Source of the DNA: Octopus sinensis
Lineage: Eukaryota
Direction: 5' to 3'
DNA: 64,000 nt
NCBI RefSeq assembly: GCF_006345805.1
Contig: NC_043002.1
Location: 27,838,001 to 27,902,000 of the forward strand
Shown here: one piece after another, positions 25,579 to 37,812 of the stretch
Layout of the letters: each line of letters begins with the position of its first letter
How positions within the stretch are numbered: the stretch's first letter is position 1
The notes under the pieces: model-generated
Seen by the model: the letters and a program-made list of their open reading frames with translations, nothing else
Databases searched by the model: none
Told to the model about the DNA's origin: nothing
Program-made: the position numbers and the translations under genes

Positions 25579-26146
25579 TAAACATGCATATTCATACATA
25601 CACTCGTGTGTATGCATGCACATATATGCATATATACACGCTTACATAAATGTGTGTCCTTGGGTGCATGAGTGTATTATATATGTATGTGTGCCTGTAT
25701 AAGAATGCATAAATATATCCATATAACTCCTTACCTATCTTCCTACAAACATACATACATACATACATACATACATACATACATACATACATACATACAT
25801 ACATACATACATACACACACACAATGAAATGTGACTGTAAATCGACCAGAATTCTTATAGAATGCTTATTCCCTTCAATACAACTCTATAACATTTCGCT
25901 TGAAAAGTTAACTTTCATCTGAGAAATGAAATTGTTTACATCTAAGTTTATGGCGGTCTTGTATCTAATGCACTGCACTCAATGTTAATAGAAGATTCCA
26001 TAATTTGTGTAAATTACATGTATCTGATTCAAGTGTATTAAATTAGATCACAGGATTATGTAAATGGAATTCAATTTGATTTCATTTGAATTGATTACTG
26101 AACATTATATATTGACTTTTATTCTTAAAATTCTGGAAATTCTTAA

Positions 26147-26420
26147 GGCGTGGCCGTGCCGTTAAGAAATCTCGCTTTACAACCACCCAGTTTTAGGTTC
26201 AATCCCAGTGCGCGGCACCTTGGGCAGGTGACTTCTACTATTGTTCGTGAATAACATATGCTTTGTGATGAATTTGCTAGCAAGAGACTGTACGGAAGCC
26301 ACTCGTATATATATCATATGTGTGTGTGTGTGATTTTGTGCTTCTGACCATATTTGTCACCCAAACGCCGCTTGACATGTTCTGGATTGTTTACCAGCCC
26401 ATAACTTAGCGTTTTAGTAA
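26147..26420 (+). mobile_element. SINE family A, decayed
   Basis: ggcgtggccgtgccgttaag..ggttcaatcccagtgcgcggcaccttgggcagg. Confidence 0.65.
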
Positions 26421-27765
26421 TAGAGATCAACAGAATATGTATATATATATATATATATATGAACACACACACATATATATGTCTATGTGTCTGTGTGTGT
26501 GTATGCGTGCTTCACAATAAAAGTGTTAAGGTCAATTTGTTCGACTAAGAACGTTTAAGATGACGCTGTAGTAAAAGTTTAGAGGTATTTAGTAGAAATT
26601 TGAATGTCGGAAAGTAAACCACGAACAGAAATAATGTCATTTTCATAATACTTGGAAACCAAGGTGCCAAGAGGACAATTCACATGCATAGATATTTAAT
26701 CAGTAGTACATGCAGTGGTAAGGAAATACCATTTTTAATTCAGCCCAGTTTATTTGATATTATATCTGTAGCCATCATACTTTTGAGAATTTTGACCATT
26801 ATCCCGTCAGTGTATTAGGATAATCAATGTCCAGGAATATATATTTTGAGGGCAGCTTCCCATATTTCAGTATCCTGCATTAGAATTGTCATAAAGAAAA
26901 CATTATTCTTCAAAATGAAATTCATCTACTGCCTATATTTCTCCTTGATTTATTAATTGAAATGGAAAAGCTTATTTGAACTAGAATGAAATCGCACAAT
27001 GGTATTGATGAATAAAATAGCAGATATAACTACATACTCTTTCTTGGTGTAACCCGTGAGAAAAGACTGACAGACCTTTGGTGAGAAAAGCGTGTCAATG
27101 AACAAGTGGCATGAGCGCTTCTCAATAATTTGTTTTGTACCATTGCATAGCCATAATTGATATTAATTATACAACTGCACTATTGGGAGTCATTCTAAGC
27201 TGAAGTTTGTGTGGTAATAGATTTCAAGACTGCAATAAATATCAAAATCTTGAGGGATGGTTATCTGTTTCATTCTGGCCCACATGTCGATGTTGTCCTA
27301 ACCACTACGTCTGTGAGAGATTTATGTGATCATTACTGCTGGAAAATAACTTCCCTCCCCTGTAACAAATTTTGACTCAATGACCAGACAGTTAAGCTTT
27401 ATTGTCTGTGGCATTAATGATAATCACGTTAATTTTATGTGTGTGTATGCATGAGTGTGTATAAATTTTATACACACACATATATAAATATATTTAAATG
27501 TTAATAAGAATTATCTCCCCTACAAAGTAGCTCTCAATGTTGGATTATACAATTGATGGTAGCCATGTTTAATTCATGGAGAGAAAATTACCATACAGAT
27601 AAGTTAACATTTCTTCTTATTAACATTTCTTTTTCCTACTTTTATTCCACATTTCTGTCCATTATTTACTAAAGTAAAATTATTCCAACAACTTCTAGTT
27701 ATATAATTTTAGTTTGTCATGTTGTGATATACGATGTAAATAGCAAAATAAGTTCATATAATATA

Positions 27766-27866
27766 GACCTGAAGATTGGTAATATAATCGTTTTAATATG
27801 ATATTGTATAGAGACATTCTATTTCAGCAATATCGGGGAATATGTTGTCATGAAACGCGCGTAGTC
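27766..27866 (+). ncRNA. Hammerhead ribozyme candidate with long stem II insert
   Basis: GAC CTGAAGA [TTGGTAATA..~55 nt..TGTTGTCAT] GAAA CGCGCG TA GTC: 3-bp stem I, intact core, palindromic ACGCGCGT; base of stem II is a U:U mismatch. Confidence 0.55.
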
Positions 27867-28156
27867 AAGATAACGTAAAGTATATGATTTGTAATAAGAA
27901 TTGAAGGTATTAATTTTGATAATTTGGAATAAGAATCGTAGGTATTAATTTTGATAATTTTAATATTTAGTCCTATATGTACGTATTGTGAATAATGTCA
28001 TTCAGTGATGATTGAGTTGCTTGAGGATGATTCTATCTCTTTAACCTATCTATTTATATGTATATAATACAGCGAGTAATTCATTTTAGTACCAGTAAAT
28101 TGAACTTCTCTCCCCTGTGGACTAAGAAATAACTTCCCTAAGATTAATATATATAT

Positions 28157-28194
<38 letters not shown>

Positions 28195-28424
28195 CACGCA
28201 AATCTACGGAATGGAATAGATTAAATCCAGGCTACACATGTTTCTTAGCTAGCAGAAGTATTAATTCCTCGACTTGGGGGTTATATTTACAGCCTTCTAC
28301 GTCAATAAGCCACTATTGTTCTTTAACGTTGTTTTTTTTATACCTTCTACGGATTGCTCAAAGCTTGCTAACTTCCTACATCTTGATCCTTGATCTTACC
28401 TTCACACATATATAGATATATAAA

Positions 28425-28795
28425 TTGTTAGCATCCGTCTTGGGAGACAATGGAGTTGCGCATAAAATCAGTTTCGCGCAGGCCTGGGCTAGATGTAAGA
28501 AAATCCTGGGTAGCCCAATCGTCAGGATTCCTCTCTCGACATTGCTGACGTAGTCCAACGGAGTGCAGAGCATTACGTTTGGCACCAGCTTGGTTGCAAG
28601 AGCTGCCGGAAGAGTTTCGAGTCAAACACTAAACCACCTACGGGGCTCCACTTCAGATTTCTTTGAAGGTTGTCTCATTTCCGTAACCCTGGATAGGGGC
28701 CCATACCGGGTTCTATCAGCCGGAGCCAGCTGAGCCAGGGTCTCGTGTCAGACAGGGTCGTCACTCCCTGAAGTAGTGAAGAAAATCGCTACCCA
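28425..28795 (-). mobile_element. RTE-related element, 3' portion
   Basis: Minus strand ends gcgcaactccattgtctcccaagacggatgctaac, the same tail as the RTE at 9037-9270. Confidence 0.7.
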
Positions 28796-28796
28796 C

Positions 28797-29250
28797 TACC
28801 TTAGCAAACCTCTGAGGCAAAGGTTTGTCCTCCTATACGTGTTCGAGCCAACATAATCTACGCGTGCATCGCAGATTGTGTTAAAGTCACCTAAGAACAT
28901 TAAAGTGTGCAACATTCCTATAAAATTCTCTAGGCCTCTGAAGTAGTCAGACTGTCCTGCTCCACAAGGAGCATAAACAGCCACCAATCTGAAGGACTTA
29001 CTGCTGTTGTGCGTCACGTTGAGAACGTGTAGAATTGCGACTCTCCCACCACTCCAGGTTGGCTTGGAGAAATAAATTACTCGTAACAATTTAGGAGTGC
29101 GGGGAAAACCCTCAGTCCATTCAGTCTGGTTTCAGTAGTGACTACTAAATCCATTCTAAGCGACGCGAGGCAGCTTTGCTTTCAATCCGACCCCAGGTCA
29201 CGTACATTTATACAACCTACATTGAGCAAGAACATAAGAAAATGTTCACT
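28797..29250 (-). mobile_element. L1/Tx1-type LINE, APE endonuclease remnant
   Basis: Minus-strand motifs VGCINVRDL..DLVVTTETRL, GGRVAIL..FRLVAVYAP..MFLGDFNTICDARVD. Confidence 0.82.
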
Positions 29251-29895
29251 AACCTGCTTTTCTTTTTATATATTCTTTGAGGAGGGTACATGTACTTCCT
29301 GCCCCTCCACAGTGTTATATGGTGGGGTTTGTGGGGTACCTCCTTTGAAGTGATTGCACAAATGAGCAGAGAAGATCTTCTGGGGGGACCAATGTCTTCG
29401 GGGTATTTAGTTTTCAATTTGTTGTATGTTATATTGTCCAAGTAAAAAAAAAATTAGATTTGATGGAATATTTGGATTCTTTGACATATTGAACGGTTTG
29501 GTGTTTTGGGATTTGTTGAATTTTTTCTGTGAGTTCAGTGTTATTCACATTCATTGCGGTTGGATTTATTATTGTTTTGGGTGGTTGTGGGAAGGGAGTT
29601 TGGGGTTCCTGTGTGCTTGTGGTAGGTGCATGTGTGTGCGTATCTGTTGGAGGTGGGAGGAAATTTTTCCCCTTTCGGCTTTTTGGCGGGGCTACAATTT
29701 GCCACTCTTGTTCTGTGGTAGGAGGTTGGGTAGTGGTTGGTTGAGTAGCGGTTGGTTGAAGGGTGGTGGTTTGTTTCAAAGGGGTCTTGTGGTGTGAATG
29801 ACATTTTGAGAGTGTACTGGTAGGGGTAAGTAGATAGAGAGATGAGAATAGATATATATGTTAGGAGGAGAATGGTATTAGTCAAAAGGAATAGG

Positions 29896-29945
<50 letters not shown>

Positions 29946-30124
29946 AAAAAAGAAAGAAAGGAAGAAAGAAATAAAGAAAGAAAGAAAGAAAAATGAAATA
30001 AGAAATGCTAAATGGTAGTCAAGATATTGAGAGAGGGATGGGAGAGGAGAGCTATCAGGATAAAAGGAATAGGGGAAGGGATAGAAGTAAGAGATCAGAA
30101 TGTAAGTAAGGAATAAAAGGAATA

Positions 30125-30440
30125 CTTCCTGTATCCATCCTTTTCCAAAATAGCTCCTTATATTGAACCCTACTGTTTCCTTCATCTCTGATGAAGGGAT
30201 ATTCCCTAATATCCCAGAAACAGCTGTAAGTCTACCTTCCTCTTTATAAATGTCCAATAAATTCCACACAGCTTTGGTTTTGTTGTTTCATTTAATTTAA
30301 CATATACTTGCTTACACAAGACCCGCATTAGACTCCTCACTCGTATTATCATCGAACCGAGAGTCTAACTACGGTCCTTCCGTAGCATTTACATAGCCTT
30401 TCCTGCCATCTTGGGTCTTCTGGATACCAATAACTCTCAT
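30125..30440 (+). mobile_element. PLE family 2 pLTR with HHR at 30186-30230
   Basis: CT CTGATGA A GGGATATT CCCT AATATCCC A GAAA CAGCTG TA AG; downstream tail homologous to 36110-36260. Confidence 0.7.
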
Positions 30441-30515
30441 ATATATATATATATTTATATGTGTGTGTGTGTGTGTGCGTGCGTGTGTCTGTGTGTGTGT
30501 CTGTGTGTATGTGTG

Positions 30516-30548
<33 letters not shown>

Positions 30549-31000
30549 ATGTGTAAAGAAAAACGTTTTCTTTACGCGCTATAAAGGCTGAAGTAAATTT
30601 GCCTCCAACTCAGTCGCGTGCCTGCGTTTCGCCTATTTTTTGTGTGTGTTTTACTACATAAACGTCACCAACTGCCTACCCTGAGTAATTACTGACGGCA
30701 TGTGCCTGATATATATATAGATGAAAAATGCATTAATACCACAAAAAGTACACGTACGGCGGACGCAGAAGGACTGTAATTCTTCATCAGTTATCGTCGG
30801 AAAAATACTAATGCCCAGTTTCGTGCTTTTAACGATAAAACTGGGAACTTCATATATCAACACGTTCGCAGCACCCGTGCTGAAACTAGTGGAAGAATGA
30901 AAGAATAAAAGAATGCCTATACATATGTAGATGTGTTGAAACAATTGTTGTGATTAATAATATATTCTAGTATACCCCATCTTATGTCTTTCATTTGTTA

Positions 31001-31040
<40 letters not shown>

Positions 31041-31043
<3 letters not shown>

Positions 31044-31905
31044 GTAAGTAAATGGTACAACAAGGCACCGATATTTAATGGAAAATAGCAATCGTAATAA
31101 ATACGACGCTATTGTATAGCTTCACTGCGTATATACTAGCAAAGACGCATGTGTGCAACAAACATGAAAAAGTTTGTCTTACCTCTAGGAAGAACATCTG
31201 AAAAGTGGAAAACCTAGAATCGGATAATGCAGGACCGGTTTCAGACTCTTCAAATACGTCTGACAACGAAGATTTGATTTGTCTTCATCAGCTGCATATA
31301 CCTAGACAATATTTCAAATGTTGCCACATCTATGCAAGTACACTCGTCTGAACGCCAAAACGTTAACAGAATGATAACAGCGAAAAAGTTTCAATTAAAA
31401 TAATAATGCAATACGAAAGTATTGCTTTCCAGCAAAAGATAGCCCGTAAGGGTAAATTTATACATATAAAAGTAAATAAATGGTACAACAAGGCACCGAT
31501 ATTTACTGGAACATAGCAATTGTAATAAATACGACGCTATCGTATAGCTTCACTGCGTATATACTAGCAAAGACGCGTGTGTGCAACAAACATGAAAGAA
31601 ATTTGTCTTACCCCCTAGGAAGAACATATGAAGAATGGAAAACCTAGAATCAGATAATGCAGGACCGGTTTCAGACTCTTCAAATAGAGGTAAGACAAAT
31701 TCTTTTCATGTTTGTTGCACACACGTGTCTTTGCTAGTATATACGCAGTGAAGCTATACAATAGCGTCGTATTTATTACGATTGCTATTTTCCAGTAAAT
31801 ATCGGTGCCTCGTTGTACCATTTATTTACTTTTATATGTATAAATTTACCCTTACGGGCTATCTTTTACTGGAAAGCAATACTTTCGTATTGCATTATTA
31901 TTTTC
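31041..31905. mobile_element. Non-coding PLE-like composite: two direct copies (31041-31258, 31396-31686) plus an inverted copy (31687-31905)
   Basis: Repeats directly visible (aaatggtacaacaaggcaccgatattta...); 31396-31612 pairs with 31687-31905. Confidence 0.85.
31228..31296 (-). ncRNA. Type I hammerhead ribozyme (family 4)
   Basis: TGCAG CTGATGA AGAC[34 nt containing TCTTC/GAAGA]GTCT GAAA CCGG TC CTGCA: 5-bp stem I, intact core, palindromic ACCGGT, GUC site. Confidence 0.85.
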
Positions 31906-32637
31906 ATATATATATATATATAATACAACACATACACAAGCAATATATAACTCTTCTTTCACCTTGGCAATGAATATATTACTTCGTTCGTATGTGTGTG
32001 TGTGAAAACTATTCAATATATTGCCATTACAGCAATTGAAACCTTTTCGATGTCTTCACATCTCATCAAAAGTTGAAATATCTTTATATCAACGATAAAC
32101 AACACATTATAGGAGTTAAAATTAGAAACAACAATTAAACAAAGCAACATCAAAGTGAAAAAAGACTACCTTAACGTAAGTTCTAGGGTGTTATTAAAAA
32201 CCAATAAATTTTTATAACTTCCATCAGGCAATATTTTAGTTTTCTGTGTTGCTCTTTTAGTTTTGATATTTTAGTTTTGGTAGTTTAGTTTGCTGTCTTA
32301 CCCTGTGTTCTTTCAAATTTTGGTCGGTCTAAAAATGTTGCTCAATGGTGACATAATCATATTTCTACAATCAATGAAGTGTGAAGATACTGACTGGACT
32401 TGCATATGTGTAAGGTAATGTTAGTAATATCTGGAATAAAATATTGTATACCTTACTGAAGTATGATCGCTTTAATCTTTTCATCAAAAATGTCCCAAAA
32501 TATAATTTATATATATATATATGTAGGTCGATAGGTAGGCAAGTGTATAGGAGTGTATGTTTATATAAATATATATATGTACATGCGTATATGTATATAC
32601 ATATACACGTTTGTATATACATATGTTTATGTTTGTA

Positions 32638-32668
<31 letters not shown>

Positions 32669-33986
32669 ATGTGTGTATGTATTTACTAGAAGTATTAAAA
32701 AGGGAAAACCGATTTCTTTGAATAACAATTTTGTTATCATTTCCTCTAGATATGATTCAATATATTTCTTCATAGAATTATTTCCCCCTATATCGTTTAA
32801 AGCATTGCATTTAGTGATTTCTACAAATTTAATACTTTGAAGCTCCAAATAATTATTCTTTGATATAATACAGAATTATCACAGTTTATCTCTTTTTCCT
32901 TCGCTGTAAATAATCTCAAAGTAAACGATTTATTAGACTTCCTATATTTATCAATAATTTCATAAATGTTGCCTGATGCTTCACTTTGTCTTCAAATTGC
33001 TTCCAGGTTATCAATACAACCCATTCATTATCAGTTTAATATAGTTCAATTTTTACATTTTTTCACGTATACCTTTGTCACCTACTTTTTTTTCAACAAT
33101 TCTTTCTTTCGTATTCTCCACATATCTTTGTTCCAAGCAAAAACATCTCTTCTATACAACTTCGATTATTGAAAACACATGCAATTATATACACGTAAAC
33201 ACACACATTCACAAATATGTTCCCACTGTTATAAGCATATAGACAGACAAACACATACATGGTGATGAAATATTTAGTCATATCATTGTGGGGAAAATAT
33301 TAACCCTGTACTCTACCACGTCATCCAATGTTTCTGCATATAATTGCATTATATTAACATGTATGTGTGTATACATATGTGTGTGTGTTTGTGTGTATGC
33401 GTGTATATGTACGTATGTATGTATATAACTCAAATCAATTAGGGAATAATACATCACCGTTTTTATTATTAGAATCATTTAAACAGGATGTTTAATATAA
33501 ATATCTGTCCGACGTAAGTTTCTGTTGCATAGATATATAGCAACATGGTTTACATTTGCATCCAGTTTGTTCCTCAGGTTAAAATCGTGTCCATACCGCT
33601 TTTTCAAGGTGTTGCCAATATTAAAGATTGAAGCTAACTGAAGTATAATGGTTTACACAGTTTTACATTTTACTAAGGGACAGTTAGTTTTGGGTACAAC
33701 GAATAAGAAAGGAATAGTTGAAACCTAATGCGGCTATAAAATCTGTTACCAGATTGATCCTAGGATGACCCTAAGGTCTGAATTTCCATTATGAATGTTA
33801 GATCTTACACTAAGTTAGCATATATTTCATCGACTAAATTTATGTGAAATAAATAAGACTAAATTTCAATGAGAGATTTAGGTCATTCCGATAAGGTAGT
33901 TATCCGCCCCTGATTGGAACTCTTCCGTATATGACTTGCTTTTACTTCCGCTGACTACCGACTCACAGGTTGTATGACCAGTTAAT

Positions 33987-34235
33987 ATGATGTCTCCGAA
34001 GAAATCGCGCAAATACTGTTATATATGTAGCAATTATAGAGGGAAGAATGTAGATGGAAAAGTTATTTCACTTGATAAATACCCTGCAAATGTTGCTATT
34101 TCTCATATTTGGCATCAGAGATCGAGATTTGTGAGGAAAGACTTTGTTTACATTGCAAATAGCCAGATTTGCTCCCAGCATTTCGTCAATTCTAATGGAC
34201 CATCGACAGATCACCCCTTGCCATCCGTTCATTAG
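33987..34235 (+). pseudogene. THAP zinc-finger domain ORF (82 aa), probably transposon-derived
   Basis: CYIC..SLDKYP..W..RKDF..SQICSQHF..PLPSV fits the THAP C2CH pattern (C-x2-C, P, W, CSxHF, AVPT-like box); stop immediately after the domain. Confidence 0.7.
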
Positions 34236-34424
34236 ATAAACTTCAGAGATATGTGTATGTAACTCTGCATTTGTATTTGATAAATATGATAGGGATAAAA
34301 AATATTCAAAATTAAATCTCATTTATTTATTATAGTTTTAATTATACATTTGTTTATTTTTCATCCATAAAAAATGCAATTTATTATACAAAGGGGAAAA
34401 GTCAAAGTAATTAAACAGGCTCTT

Positions 34425-34685
34425 TCCCTTCCGACTATCATATCTTTGAACCGCTCAAAGATCGTTTACGACGTCGTCGGATGAAAATGTGAAAGAAGCT
34501 GTGCATAAATGGTAGCATGACCAACCGAAAACCTTCTTCTTAGAGGGAAACTTATGGATCGCTGGACCAAGTACATCGAAAAGGAAGGAGGCTGTATAGA
34601 AAAATGACGTACTTGCTTATCTCCTGCTTTTGTGTAAATACATTGTAAAACTAAGAGTGCGGATCATTTTTCACTCACCCTCGTA
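34425..34685 (+). mobile_element. Mariner 3' end
   Basis: PSDYHIFEPLKDRL..SDENVKEAVHKW..DRWTKYIEKEGGCIEK*, followed by a TIR ending cactcaccctcgta. Confidence 0.85.
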
Positions 34686-34849
34686 CTTGAGGTTATCGTT
34701 GGGTTTGCTGTATTGATGATATTAGCTCGTACTGAAATTCAAAGTAACGTCGAAGACGTTAACTCTATGTTCTTCCTCAATGGATATACCTTTGAAACAT
34801 TTGAATAACTTTCTCCTATACTTTTCTAAATTAAAATTATTAGATTTTT

Positions 34850-34990
34850 ATTCCGCCGAGGTCGACTTTGTCTTTCATCATTCAGGGTCGACCAAATAAG
34901 TGCCAGTTGAACTCTGAAGTTCATGTAATCAACTTACCCCCTCACCCCCGAAATCGCTGGCCTTGTGCCAAAATTGGAAATCAATATCAT
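34850..34990 (+). mobile_element. SINE family B-related fragment
   Basis: attccgccgaggtcgactttgtctttcatc. Confidence 0.7.
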
Positions 34991-35329
34991 TAGAAGATCT
35001 ATATATTGCAAATTGAGTGTCATTCCTATATAATCTCCACCCCAGTAACTGAAATTCGTTTTTTATATAAAGTGAGATATAGATAACAACGAAGTCCGTT
35101 ACCTGAGCAGAATTGCTGGATCCCAAGCTAACGTCGAACATATTAGGCCTGTCTTTTCTTACTCAGTACTCTCTCTCAATTCCAGCAATGCATTTTCTTG
35201 CTTTTTTCTGGCCTTGCTCCAAAATTTGAAATCAATATAATGTCTAATTCTTGTTTGGATAAACTTGCATTTTATAGCCTTATCAGGCTTCTAATTATTT
35301 CTCTCATTTCTTTGAACTCAAAACTAATC

Positions 35330-36265
35330 GATCCCTACTAAAATACAAAGCTATCTAAACTGTTACACTTCAATTCGCTTCAAACTTTAACATTGTCAGC
35401 ACCTTCAATAAAGCTGCTTGGACACGTATTTAACCTGATGGACAAATTGGATGGAAAAATAAACCCAAGATATCCATGCGACCGTAACATATCTCACATA
35501 TCTCACATTCTTTTACTCCTTACCTTCTCATCTTTTCCTCTCCCTCACCCACACCTCTCCCATCCTTCCATCCTCCCATCACATGATCTTGACCACTAAA
35601 TAACACACTCTCTCTCACTTTCTTCACCATTTCTTACCTTTTTTCACTCTTTTTTTCACTCTTTGTTTTTCTGTCTCCCTTTTTTTTCTTTTTCCTTTTC
35701 TCTCTTCCTCTCATTTTCTCTTCCTGTTTTAGTTTTAGCCTTTCTCCTCTTTCTAATAATACACATCTCTCCTCCCTCCATCTATCCATAAATGCTACCA
35801 ATTCATTCTCAAACTTTCTTTCACACCACTAAACCATTTCGAATGAGCAACACTGATTCCACGGCTCCATACTTTGAAATGACTAAATATAAACTACTAT
35901 CAGAACTTATACACCATGTACAGGAAACTTTTTGACCATTTCTATAATGGAACTGAAATTACAATATCTTTATATATCTTATTTCTACTTTCCTTTTCTT
36001 ATTTCCCTCTATATTCCCAATCTTTTCCACAATAATTCGAACTCCAATATTTTCTCACACAGTCTCTGATGAAGGGATAGCCATAATATCCCAGAACCAG
36101 CTGTAAGACTCTTTCATTATAAATGTCCTGAAAACTCCTCAAAGCCTTGGATCTGTTATCTCATTCGGTCTAATATATATACGCATGCTAATACAAGACC
36201 CACGTTAGACTCCTCACTCGTACCATTATTGAACCAAGAGTTTAACTACAGTCTATCCATAGCAC
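35330..36265 (+). mobile_element. PLE family 2, 3' UTR and pLTR, with HHR at 36061-36110
   Basis: Pyrimidine-rich UTR, then AGTCT CTGATGA A GGGATA..TATCCC A GAAC CAGCTG TA AGACT (5-bp stem I; GAAA changed to GAAC). Confidence 0.7.
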
Positions 36266-36344
36266 TTAAATTAGGTACTTAAATCGAGGCACCAAGCCAG
36301 TTCGGTACAATCCGCGCAGCTCGAAATTAGGTGAATAAAAAGCA

Positions 36345-36569
36345 AATAAGTAACAAGGATGTCCAGATATCAATGCACTACAGCCGTTTCAAGCGGCTCC
36401 ATTTGGTCGACCGATGAAAACATTACATCAATTTGAAAGAAGCCGCACTCCACTGCATCTGAAGAGAACGGCTTCTTTGAAATTAATGTAATTTTTTCAT
36501 TGATCGATTAAATGGAGCCGCTTGAAATGACTGTAATGCATTGATACCTGGACATCCTTGTTAATTATT
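36345..36569. repeat. Fold-back element, ~100-bp arms and 23-nt loop (family 3)
   Basis: 36345-36445 is reverse-complementary to 36469-36569. Confidence 0.9.
36454..36540 (+). ncRNA. Type I hammerhead ribozyme (family 3)
   Basis: TGCAT CTGAAGA GAACGGCTTC..GGAGCCGCTT GAAA TGACTG TA ATGCA: 5-bp stem I, intact core, ~9-bp stem II. Confidence 0.72.
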
Positions 36570-36576
36570 GACTTCT

Positions 36577-36615
<39 letters not shown>

Positions 36616-36842
36616 TGTGTGTCTGTGTGTGTGTGCGTGTGTATTTGTGTGTGTGTGTTCGTGTGTGTTTATGGGGTGCATTTGATTTCATTACATTGTT
36701 TCCCACCCACAAGGAAGCAGTGCAGATGTGAACCAGAATGATCGTTGTCCCAAATAATACTACCAGTACACTCTATCTTTTGCATTAATCATTTAGAATA
36801 TATGTACATATATAGATAGATAGATAGATAGATAGATAGATT

Positions 36843-36918
<76 letters not shown>

Positions 36919-37442
36919 TAGATATAGATAGATATATATGCATATATATATATGTATATATATATATATGTATATATATATGTGTGTGTGTGTGTATGTA
37001 ATATATGCATATATGTTTGTGTGTATAAATGTATACATATAAATGCATCATATATATATGTGCGTGTTTTCTTTGTGTGTGTCTTTGTGTGTGAGTATAT
37101 ATATATATATATATGCACTTGTATATGGTGTGTTGTGAATTTATGGAAAGAAATCCCATAAAACTCAACAATTTTGTTAAAGATAGAGAAGAGAATATGT
37201 TAAAATGCACTTATCAAGTTTCATAAGATGATTCTACACCACCACACACCCGCGCGCACGACCTGGGTTCCTGAAATTTTCCATCTCTCACATTTCATTC
37301 TCAAAACATATTTTGTCAACGCGTGACTATCGTAGATGTACACAAGTTGCCGAACAGACGCATCGAAGGTAGACACGAACTCATTAACTATATGACTGTA
37401 CTTATAACATTTTGAAAATTTTGAAAAACAATCGAAATATAC

Positions 37443-37812
37443 TTATTACCCCCGCCTTAGCGAAGGCGGAGGTATTGTTTTTCAGTTGTGTTTGTTTGTT
37501 TGTTTGTCCGTGGACAAAATATCTCAAGAACCGCTGGATGGATTCGGATAAGACTTTCAGGGATCTTTAGCCTCGTGACCGGCACGAACTGATTAGATTT
37601 TAGGATCGATCTGGTACCGAACAAGGATTCTGGACTATTTTTCCTGTTGTTTTTTTTTTCTACTTAATTTTTGAGAGCGGTCGGGTTCATTTTTAGTATT
37701 CTCGTTTGTGAGAGCAGTCGAGTTTATTTCGGATATTCTCATTTTAAAAATCATCTCTGGCAAATCGTTGAGAGGACGTTGGTGTTGCCTTGGCGGAGGT
37801 TTGCGCTCTTGT
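37443..37812 (+). mobile_element. HINE/DINE-1-like (Helentron-associated) element
   Basis: 5' ttattacccccgcc..ggcggaggtatt palindrome, (GTTT)n, 3' subterminal ggcggaggtttgcgctct. Confidence 0.7.

Noticed and set aside
26990-27240. Minus-strand donor AGA|GTATGT with open frame ..HLFIDTLFSPKVCQSFLTGYTKKE
   Set aside because: The strong upstream acceptor gives stops in all frames, and no homology recognised
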